Below the pieces are notes generated by a model, which saw only the letters and a program-made list of their open reading frames with translations, was not told the DNA's origin and searched no databases. The position numbers and the translations under genes are program-made. Positions 1-9,506 of a stretch of DNA of 20,000 nt are shown here, one piece after another (the stretch's first letter is position 1; every line of letters starts with the position of its first letter). The stretch is taken from positions 55,168-75,167 of the forward strand of contig JALAGF010002059.1 in assembly GCA_030167865.1 (NCBI GenBank). The letters are read 5' to 3'. The stretch is from Craspedostauros australis (Eukaryota).

Positions 1-1105
1 GCGTGCTGTCCGCAAGCAAAGAATTCAGAACGTTCTTCCGTGTTTCTGCTGCTTTTCGAACAACCGCAAAAACAAAAAGCACGAGCATTCGTCTGTTGTC
101 GTCCTTGTCATGCTTCAATAGTACTGAGTTAGTTACTTATATTCATGACCCGTAACCATGACTGCGATCATCATCGTTCACGCTCGTGTTTGAAATGTTG
201 ATTCGCTCTTGTGTCTCACCACCTCACGCGTGCTGGTCATTTGTCTCAGAAACACTACTTCTTGTTGGCTCCCCCATGACTGGCATGAGTCATGTGGAAA
301 TGAAGAACGCGATCAGCTCCCGTACAACACCACCGGTGCCCCAGCATGGTTAGTTCGTTCGTATGATGCGAAGTGTTGAATGTCATCGATGCAGTTGATC
401 GAGGATAAGTATTTGGATCACAGAGCGCGCTGGATCGTATCAGCGGTGCACAAACGACAGAAATCGTGCGAACTTGGAGAACTGGACGAAGGACATCGAA
501 TGCAAAGTTGAGTGTCTGTTGGGTCCATGATGCCAAATAGGCAACGTGAATGAAGTTAAATGGCGCTTGTTGAGGTTGTGTGCGGCCTTCACTGACTTTT
601 TCCATTGTTGTCATTTCAAAGAGACGGTTAGTTATTGCTGTGTCTGCGACAGAGGATCGGACTGGCACAAGACACTACCCAAGAGTGAGAAATGTCATTT
701 CTGTCTGTCCAACTGGCACGAGTGGGACATCAGAAACCTGTTGGGCAACAAAGGTAAAGTCTTTGGCGGAAGAGCGAACTCACCTGACAAGCCCCCTCCC
801 TCCCAACCCAGAACTCGAACTTGAACAAGACCAACAAACGTGGCCGCAAGCCAACGTCAACACCAACATCAACCGCGCTTGTTAGTGGCAGCATGGGGCA
901 GCGAAAACAAGACACGACAAACCCAGAGCACGCCATTCGTCCACCACCGGAAAGACCAGAACAAACAAGACGGCGACATCACGGAACAGCAAGACACAGA
1001 ACAACCTCGCTGATCGTCTTTCTTTCACAAGCACGACCGCAAGCACGAGCACAACCGTAACACCACAGCGTCATCGACCAAGACCCGTCGTCTTTTCTGC
1101 ACATT

Positions 1106-1153
1106 CATTCATCAAGCCATCCATCAAGGCATCCATCGAGACATCCATCAATT
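1106..1153. repeat. 4 x 12-bp degenerate tandem repeat (CATYCATCRAGN) in the 5' region of gene 1
   Basis: cattcatcaagc / catccatcaagg / catccatcgaga / catccatcaatt. Confidence 0.8.
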
Positions 1154-1270
1154 CAGGCTTTGTTCATCTCATAAAAAGCAACTCGGCATCTCTACTGACA
1201 CAAAGCAACGCAATCCAAAGCAACGAACAGCAACGCCAACACAGCCCAACGCAATCCCAAATCCAGAGCC

Positions 1271-2534
1271 ATGCCACCATCATCCACACGAAGATCACCA
1301 GAACGAGCCACCACAGCGATGGACTACGGGTACGGTTCCGCAGTTCCGGACTCCGAGATGGAGAGACCACGGCGAATCCAGCCACGCCGCAGCTCCTCCT
1401 CCAGCAGCAGCTCCTCAAAACGATGGGACGATACCACGGACGTCGAGATGAAGGACGTGACACCGTTGGCACCAGTCAAGAAGGCCTCCATGAACAACAG
1501 TGCCGACATGTACGGCTACGGCGATGCCGCACCAGACAGCAACGAACATGGCCCATCGTCCAGCAACAACCAGTTCAGAACGCCCATGCGCCAGGCTCGT
1601 CGCAGCTCCATGAAGAGCGGACGTGGATCGTCGAGAAGGGCATCCATCGGATGTAAGTCTGCTGCTGCGCAACTCTCGTCCTGTCTGTTGGACTTTTTCG
1701 GCCCGCAGGCTTTTCTGCGTCCCCGTCTGTCGTCTGTCGTCTCTTGATTGATTGATTGGCTGATTGGTCGATTGACAGACAGAGAAGTGTCCTGCCATCG
1801 ACGCCGATTGTCTCTCACGCACACTCTTGTTCCATTCACGGTCGCGCCTCAACACAAACGCCAACACCAACCACAATCTTCTTCGTGCTCGATTCCATGT
1901 CTGCTCTCCGCATGTCTGGTCCACCATTCCACGAACACGAACACGTACACGTTCACGTTCACGTACACGTACACGAACAAACCAATCATCACACACAACC
2001 ACCCGAACCCATTCCCATTCCATCCAAACAGACACTGGAGAAATCACAATCCAGCTTCCTGGCAAATCGAAGCCGGTCCGCCGCAGAACATCCATCAGCT
2101 TTGCTTCCGAAGACGAGGTCTGCGAGGTCACCCCAGCCAAGGACATGTCCCCAACCCAAAACCTCTGGTTCTCGAACGAGGAGAGCAGCGCCATCCGTGA
2201 GAAGTGCAGCTTCCTCGTCGAGCTCATGCGCGCTTCCGAGAGCCACCCAGATGCCCGCGAGGCCATCCGCCATTACAACATCCGCGGGCTCGAGAGCCAC
2301 GTCGAACCAGGTCCATCCGTCGAGCAAGATCAGGCATGGTACTCCGTCTTCCTCGAGCAGTATTTGCAGCGCAACGAAGGCGTCTTCGATGATACCGTCA
2401 TCTCCCAGGCCTACCAACGCAACACCTTCCAGAGCCAGCAGATTGCCCAGGATCGTGCCCAGCAGGATGCTCAGGAGATTCAAACGTACACGAAGAGCGT
2501 GCGACGACAGATGCGTCGCATGTCCTTGATGTGA
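1271..2534 (+). CDS. Two-exon uncharacterised protein (exons 1271-1652 and 2032-2534, 294 aa); disordered Ser/Arg-rich N-half plus a helical C-terminal domain of a diatom-expanded 'LW...RGLE...EQ...Y...A...DA' family
   Basis: The GTAAGT donor at 1653 and the CAG acceptor ending at 2031 join ORF 1271..1747 to ORF 1827..2534 in frame (T|AC = Tyr), giving RRASIGYTGEITIQLPGKSKPVRRRTSISF. The C-terminal pattern LWFSNEE...IRGLES...AWYSVFLEQYLQ...ISQAY...AQDRAQQDA matches diatom hypothetical proteins as I recall them. An alternative start ATG lies at 1319. Confidence 0.85.
1653..2031 (+). other. Spliceosomal intron (379 nt, phase 1)
   Basis: GTAAGT...AAACAG boundaries. The interior is low-complexity (GATT repeats, CACGWW hexamers). 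Removal restores a continuous reading frame. Confidence 0.85.
1930..1977. repeat. 8 x hexamer (CACGWW) intronic tandem repeat
   Basis: cacgaa cacgaa cacgta cacgtt cacgtt cacgta cacgta cacgaa. Confidence 0.9.
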
Positions 2535-3476
2535 GCAGCAGCGTGCCTGATCCCATCAGCGCTGCGGCATCCGGATGATGCAACCAGCAACAACAACATC
2601 ACCACCACCTGAGATATGTGGCATTCACATGGAGGACGATAGAGAGTACAGTGACAAGAGAATATGATGATAGAGACATACACAACGGTTGGAGCCGAAG
2701 TAGCAGGCGCGGAAGCAGCCGCAGCAACAACGCTACTACCCATCCCAACCCCAACACACAACAGGAACCGCCAAGGGACATTGGACCACGGCAACAATCG
2801 CAGCACAAACGTTCAATTTAAGTATAATACACAACACCACACATGTAACAGAAGCAGCAGCAGCGGTAATACTTCCGTGGAACCGGACCGAAACCGTGAT
2901 TTGTTCCATTTCTTGCTGATGAACCGGTTTCTTCTCCACGAGGCACGTGTCCTGGCACTGTGATGCCTCGCGATTCTCTGGTGGTCCATCGCGGGTCCGA
3001 GACTCATCGAAGGGGCATGTACACGTGATTCCCACTGCGACGGAGAAGCACAAACTCACTGAGTGATCATGGGCCACTATGCTTGTCTGCGAATGCATTC
3101 GGCAAGATTGGATTGGTGAGGGACCTACAGCAATTTGTACGAGACTCTCCGAAATGCGTATTCTTGAGGAGCACGAAAGCCCCAAGCTCCACTGAACTAT
3201 TCTCATTGCGCTGCCCAATGTCTCTTCTCCCTCTGCTGCAGAATCACTCCAGGGAGTGCTCGTGCGCATGCAAGAGCCCTGGGCGCAGATTCGCTATCAA
3301 ACGTCGCCGCCTCGAAGTTCTCAACCTCTCCGGTTGTGACCAACTTTGCGGACTGGTTGAAGAGCAACTGGTGTTCAGATTGCGTTCAACGGCGAAGAGT
3401 TTGCCGCAGAGCAAGACTCCACAGCGACTTTGCTTCATTTACCTATCCTTGGAGTTATTCGTACCTGATCCGTGCA

Positions 3477-3498
3477 AGAGAGAGAGAGAGAGAGAGAG
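3477..3498. repeat. (AG)11 microsatellite
   Basis: Read directly from the sequence. Confidence 0.95.
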
Positions 3499-5275
3499 CC
3501 TGATCGTGACTTGCGGCTACTTTGCGGCTTCTCCTCCGAAAGGTCCTGCTTTCTCAAAGCGTGAACAGGTCATGAGGCGCAGTGGGCGCGCGGGGGATGA
3601 TTGTCTCCGGCTCATGGCAGGGAAATAGAAACGCAGTGGTGCGCAACATCAAACAGAAACACTGTGATTGGGATTGTAATGCGACCCGTAGGAAAAACGT
3701 ATGCAGTGCCACTCCTGCATTGCGCATGCCGTAAATCCTTCAGAGAGCACATGATGATGCAAACCGAATGGATGCGTTCACAATTGCGTTCTCAGGGAGT
3801 GTTGAGAGTGCGATACTTGCGGCGGTGTAGCGAACGCTGCGACTGGGACGCACCTTTGTGCCGAAAGGATATTTGGTGCTCTGTTGAGCGTGACTGCAAG
3901 TGCGCATAGGAGCTGGTGTGCGGTGCCCTGTTCGTGTGGTGCTTGGCGACATTGCTCCATGCTGCGGTGATGGCTTTTCTCGATTTTGTGACGAGCCGAG
4001 TTCTGCGCACGTTCACAATCACAATGCTTCCAAAGAAGCTTGTTCTGCAAGAATGGTAGAAGTGTGATGTGTTCTTTGGAGAACCTCGCCGTTCGCTATT
4101 GCCCTCAAATCTCCGAATTGAGCGGTATTGATACTGCGGTTCAGAATAGTTTGTGAACGATCCCGTCGAAGAATCACCAACGTTCAAAACACGACTGGGA
4201 TTGAAGAACGTGGAGAACAGAGAAGGTTTATCCTTGTCACACTCTCGTCCACGCTGTGCCAAAGAAGGGAGGTCTTCATGCTTGGTGGGAAAGATGCTGC
4301 TCATCGGTTTTTGCGATGGACGCTTCATTGGTAGCCAGACAGTCACAGTGGGTGAGGGACGCACGAACTGCCCTCGACATGGACACTCCGTCGAACAGTG
4401 GAATCGCATGTTCGGAGTCTGTCGCAAGCGCTAACCTCAACCACAACCCCACAGGTACAAGCGCGCACCAACGTCTTCGTCACGTAGGCGGGGTGCTGTA
4501 TTGGGATAAGTATCAAGTTGCGAACCCACGGAGCCAGGTGGTCAGCCACAAAATGCACGCACAGGCGACCATGGTGGTTGCTCGAGGGCAGACGCGTGGT
4601 GTCATTTGCTCGGCCGCGCAAGTTCGAGATTTCAGATCATCGTCTTCCTCAACATGTGTGGATACGCTGCCATTTCGAGCGTCCTCGCATGCGTTATATC
4701 ATATCATACCATTTGAACTATGGCAAGATCGACCAGGAATCAAGACCACGAAGATGCCAGCGCATGGCTTCACACTTGCACTGCATGCGCCTTTGGAGAT
4801 CAGAAAAATAGCAGTTGCCTGTGTCCTCGTATCCGTGTGATACCATGCCATGCTCCCTCCTCTATCTGATCATCGGTGCCAGCATGTCACATCTTTACGC
4901 ATGACAAAGGTGTTCTGCCAGTGCCATGCATGCCCTGGATGTCCGCCGGTACCAGAACAGGAAACGAAGTTTCTTCTTGTCTCTCTGCCTGTGCTTGGGA
5001 TCCACGAGAGAATGACAGAGGACAGCCGATTGGTCGTATGAAAGCGTGGAGCCTCTTCGGGAGGTCGGATACTTTTTGGTATGATAAAATACCATACGTG
5101 CATGTCGGTTTACTGGCAAGCGAGGCCACGTGTTAGTGTATGTAGACATTGTGACATTATGCAGAGTGTCGGTGGCAAATGTATCGAATATTGGATTATC
5201 AATCAATCACAAGGATCGTGTGTGAGGTACTCCCCTTTGGTCACAGAAGATCTTGGGCTCTACCTGAAACAAGCT

Positions 5276-6289
5276 CTACGCAGCTGCCGTGCCGATTGCG
5301 CAGACTGCCGAGCCCTCGAAGCAGCACACGTTCAGGTGCAGCTCCTTCACTGTCTCAACTCCCATGACCGCAATCAGCGTTGCCGAGCAAGATGGGTACT
5401 TCAGCAAAAAGTCGAGGTAGTTGATGCAATTCAAAATCGCCTCCTGGCAACCGAAGTAGTGGTTGACGTAGGTGAGATTGTTGGTTGCAGCCACGCCCAG
5501 AACGAACGAAGCCGATGCGATGTGTGCTGGCAAATCGCATGGGCGGCAGTCGGTTGCTTGGCATTGCAGCACCTTGTTGTACATGGACCGAGAGCGTTCC
5601 ATGAGCTCTTCGCTTCGTATGGCCACGGCCTGGACTTGGTAGAGGAGCGCGATGTTGAAGATGACCGAAGCGCTGTACGTGCGGAGAGTGTCGACTGATC
5701 GAATGGCATGCTCCGCCGAGAACATGATTGGGTGGCGCACCACGTAGAACGTTTCATGCTGGCCTCCGTTTGCTGTGTGTGCAGAGGGAGAAGATGACGA
5801 AGGTGAAATCACAACGGAAGGGACAATGTGGATAATGTTTGTTGGCTCGCCCTGTGGCAGCGTGCTTGCGGCATTCGATGCCATCGCATCCATCTTGTCA
5901 TCCATGTGCTCTTGATCATGGCCGTCGGTGCCACTACCACTATCATCGGTGCTATCGTTGTCGATGTCAGAGTTTTCATGGATGGTAGTTTCGGTGATCC
6001 TGTCGGAGCTATCACAGTCGCCGTCAATGTCAATGTCCATGTCGTCGTTGCTTGCATCCATTGAGGTGCTCGGGGCGGATGGGACGGGCGACTTGGTGGA
6101 TTTCTTCGCAGCATTCTTCTCCGCAATGCACTCGCGCTTGAGCAGTGCCTGGAGCAGAGCCAGCGCTAATGTGAAGGAATGCATGGCCTTTGTGTAGCTG
6201 TTTGTCATGTGCTCGACGCCTTCGTTGTTGAGGAAGATGGTTTCCATCAACATGGAGTCCGTTGATTCTGCCTTGTGTTGTGCGTTCAT
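5276..6289 (-). CDS. Uncharacterised TPR-like helical protein (337 aa) of a diatom-expanded family, with an acidic low-complexity insert
   Basis: The likely start is MNAQHKAES at 6289; the upstream part of the 6703 ORF reads like UTR. Motifs IFLNNEGVEHM...AMHSFTLALALL, SASVIFNIALLYQ, SMYNKVL, LGVAATNNL and a C-terminal TAAA match a widespread diatom family as I recall it. Confidence 0.8.
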   Translation of the reverse strand: MNAQHKAESTDSMLMETIFLNNEGVEHMTNSYTKAMHSFTLALALLQALLKRECIAEKNAAKKSTKSPVPSAPSTSMDASNDDMDIDIDGDCDSSDRITETTIHENSDIDNDSTDDSGSGTDGHDQEHMDDKMDAMASNAASTLPQGEPTNIIHIVPSVVISPSSSSPSAHTANGGQHETFYVVRHPIMFSAEHAIRSVDTLRTYSASVIFNIALLYQVQAVAIRSEELMERSRSMYNKVLQCQATDCRPCDLPAHIASASFVLGVAATNNLTYVNHYFGCQEAILNCINYLDFLLKYPSCSATLIAVMGVETVKELHLNVCCFEGSAVCAIGTAAA

Positions 6290-8300
6290 TTTTATCGTGC
6301 GTCTGCGTCTGTGTTTTTGTGTTGGTTGTTGGTTGTTGTCGTTTTGGCAGGTTTTGAGAATTGTGAGTGGGCGCAGCAAACCTTTCGAGTTGGCTTCATT
6401 CCTGTGCGACTTGTGCCCACCAGCCAGCGCGCGAAGCATGGATTTGCACACACACAACACAGAAGAACAGAGAGAAAGCAGCGGAGACAGCAGCGACGAT
6501 CGCAGCGAGCTTCGTTGATGCGCACGTGTCGCGTCCCAAACAACTGATGTGAGGTGGCGAGACATGATGGAGAACATTGGTGTCATTTCTGTTCCCGTCG
6601 CGTTTTTCTGCTCCGGCGTTCTCGATTGTCCACGACGCGGGCTGAAGAGAGCAGCGGTAATGGCGCTCCTTTTCGGTGACATTCCATCACAAATATGCCT
6701 CACATTCCACTATTTTTGTTCGTGGCGAAAGTTGAAGGAGGCAACAAACACGGCCCAAAACCACAAATTGCGTCCGATCCTCCGAGATGTGAGGGATCGC
6801 GCCAAAACGTTACCTTCGCCTTCCACAAAGCAGGCATCTGACGTGTCATGCACCACGCCATGACGTCAAGCGAATTTGCGAAGTACTATCCAAAACAATT
6901 CGATCGTGGCTTCACAAGAAGGGGCACAGAAGAGACCACCAACGAACGAGAACCGGCGATCCACAAACAGCAAGGAGATGCGTCGTGCATGTCGAGTGCG
7001 TACGAGCTGACAGCAACGCCACCATCTTCGTCGCTGGCAACGACGCCGTCGCATTCCTGTCTTGCCAATGTTAATGTTAATGTTTGTGGACACTTGGCAC
7101 GACCGTCAAAAAAGCTTCGCCAGAAGCAGCACAGTTGGCCACCGACACGAGAAAGAGTGGTGGAACCTGTTTGGGGCGAACCTTTGGATGCAGAGAAGAC
7201 TGATGTTGCATCGCCCACTCGATTGCGTCGCTTCAGACAGCAATCGACAAAGGCATCACCAACCTCCAACACCACACACGCGAATCTCCTGCACGCATTC
7301 AATCAGCACCCAGTATTCCTTTCATCACCATCGATATAACTCCAGCTTTCTGAGATCAACCTGGAACCGGGTTGGTGGGATGACTCGTTCTGCTCTCCAA
7401 TCGTAAGAAGACAGCATTCTACGTATGCACAGCTGCATGATCGCTACGCACCCACGCCAAATGTACCGCGCAAACGATTTCCTCGTTAGGTCAATGCAAA
7501 TTGCTCTACGCTCTGCATCGCTACACACGGTAGCAAACCTGAAGACGCCGGAGAGGTACTTGCGCTCGATGCCTGCAAGCGCGCGGTTGCCAGAGAAGGA
7601 GTGGAATTCTCCTCTTCCGGATCGTGCATAGACCGAATCATAGGTCAGAGGATGATGGCCATTGGACGACATAGGCGAAGCACGCAACTTTCACCCCGCA
7701 CTTTCAGAGCTCTGACATGCAAGGGTGTGCACAATTTCAAGCTCCCAATTCCGCGCGAAATCAGTGATGCCTTGTCCTCCTCGCACTTCTGCGCACTGGC
7801 CATTTCTTGCCGGTACATACCTCCCCTTGTGCCGACGCCACAGTTGCGGATGCTGCAGAGAGGCATGATCGTGATGGTGCTGGTGGCCTCGCATGTCGTT
7901 CGTGATCTGTTCATAAAAACACGACTCATCCAAGCTAGTGCTCGTTCTTGTCGTTGTCGTTGTTGATGGCGAAGGTGTTGACGTGGTGGGTGGTGGTGAA
8001 CGTGGAGGCAAACGCCGCCGTTTTCATTTACTTGAGGTTCTCATTGCCTTCGCATCGTAGCTCCTCTCGCAGCGGTCGTACCATCCCGATACTCGTACGT
8101 GTATCCGGACAGTCACCCAGCTCGCCTTCTGTTGCCCTTGTTGTGTGGTCTCTGCCGTGGCGGCATGACCAGCACAGCGACATCACGACCAACATCATCA
8201 AAATCATCCGCAAGTGGTGCGTGGCATCAACGGCAACAGCAACGTCAGCCGCAACATCAACATCAAGAGTACCAAGGAAGAGGGAACAGCAGCGGCGATT

Positions 8301-9176
8301 ATGAACGACTCAAACGATGATCCGGATTTCATCTTCGTCATCTTTGGTGGCATCGCCTTCGCTGCCGTTTGCCTCGGCTGCTGGCGCGGCATCATCATGT
8401 CTGATCTGCAGCAACGATTCGATATGCGACTGCAATCATTGAGGACGCAGGCGGACGACGCCATGCGAGCAAGCCTCCATGCCGACGCATCCCAACCGTT
8501 GCAAGCGCATCTTCCGCAAGACCACCAACACGATCCACAGCACAGGAGCAGCCCGCCAATGGCCGTTCCGAACTCAGGGGTGTATCGAGCATTCCGGTCA
8601 CGAGCACAGGCAGGTCGCGACGGGCAGCAAATGCTGCTGGAAGGTCGGACAGCGACGCTCCAGATTCAGTTCGTCCCCATCAAGGCGCTGTCGATAAAAT
8701 CGTGGCACCGTCCGGGGGACACCACTATCGTCGGCTATCGCATCACCGGCACTGGCCATCACATCGATGGGCGCGTGGAGATCATCGAGGGCTCCGTGTG
8801 CTTGGATGGTAGCAATGCCTGGTGGGTGGAAAGAAACCTCAGGATAAAGTACCGCAACAGCCGCATAGGTTCGTGTGGTCAATTCAATTTCCACACCAAC
8901 GAATTCCAAGGTCAGCACTTTTCGAACTACTTGCCGAGGTCGCCTCTGAATATCTTTTCGAGGAAGCTCGGTGCTCTTGGTACCTACGATCGCTTCGAAT
9001 ACGACGGTCCCCCCACAACCGAGTCGAGAAATGACAATGTTGATGATGACAACGATGGTGTTGGTACTGCGGATCGGGCAGCCAACGCGAACGACACAAG
9101 GGAGGCTCCACACCATTTACGCTTGGACGCTGCCCAAGAGGCTCCGAAAGACTACGTGCCGCCTCCAATCTCTTGA
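8301..9176 (+). CDS. Single-pass membrane protein with a C-terminal beta-strand-rich domain of unknown function (~291 aa)
   Basis: First in-frame ATG is at 8301 (the listed 8214 start is GTG). TM segment FIFVIFGGIAFAAVCLGCW, then SGVY...LQIQF...GYRITGTG..IDG..EIIEG.V...G..AWWVE...GQFNF.TNEFQG...GTY.RF, a pattern of alternating hydrophobic strands. The start is uncertain. Confidence 0.7.
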   Translation: MNDSNDDPDFIFVIFGGIAFAAVCLGCWRGIIMSDLQQRFDMRLQSLRTQADDAMRASLHADASQPLQAHLPQDHQHDPQHRSSPPMAVPNSGVYRAFRSRAQAGRDGQQMLLEGRTATLQIQFVPIKALSIKSWHRPGDTTIVGYRITGTGHHIDGRVEIIEGSVCLDGSNAWWVERNLRIKYRNSRIGSCGQFNFHTNEFQGQHFSNYLPRSPLNIFSRKLGALGTYDRFEYDGPPTTESRNDNVDDDNDGVGTADRAANANDTREAPHHLRLDAAQEAPKDYVPPPIS

Positions 9177-9321
9177 TCATTTGTGCCATGCTGGGAGGTC
9201 GGCGCTCACTACACTTCAATGCAATGCGATGCAGTAATAGATATAGTAGAACTCCTCTCTAGTTGGCAGAGTAGTAGATTTCGTGTTGTCTCCAATCCAC
9301 CAAAAGGAGCTTTGCAGCCTA

Positions 9322-9333
9322 CACGTGACGTCA
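9322..9333. promoter_or_regulatory. Overlapping G-box (CACGTG) and CRE palindrome (TGACGTCA) upstream of the MFS gene
   Basis: CACGTGACGTCA lies ~175 bp upstream of ATG 9507. Function is inferred only. Confidence 0.35.
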
Positions 9334-9506
9334 TCAGCGAACACGTCCCGAATCCAAAGCTCGACACGAACCACTGGTTCTTTCCTCTCCAGCAAGAAGA
9401 TTTTGTAGTCTTCCCTCACACCCATCACACCCATCACCACCATCACCACCACCACCACAAGTATCATCATCGTCAATATAGTACCAAGAGACCCAAGCGA
9501 CGGATC

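Noticed and set aside
1..1100. Short ORFs at the window start
   Set aside because: No domain signal; consistent with intergenic and promoter sequence of gene 1.
1756..2529. 257-aa ORF with HEHEHVHVHV, and the N-terminal RTRTRSRS part of ORF 1827..2534
   Set aside because: These are translations of the intronic hexamer repeat; the spliced model explains the region.
2600..5270. Many 60-210 aa ORFs in the long intergenic region
   Set aside because: No recognisable domains, codon bias or convincing splice joins; no transposase or reverse transcriptase motifs seen.
6290..6703. 138-aa N-terminal extension of the 475-aa ORF
   Set aside because: Reads like a CAA/ACA-rich 5' UTR and promoter; family-like sequence starts after Met 6289.
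6848..7339. 163-aa plus-strand ORF
   Set aside because: Low-complexity with no motif or homology that I can recognise; cannot be supported without expression data.
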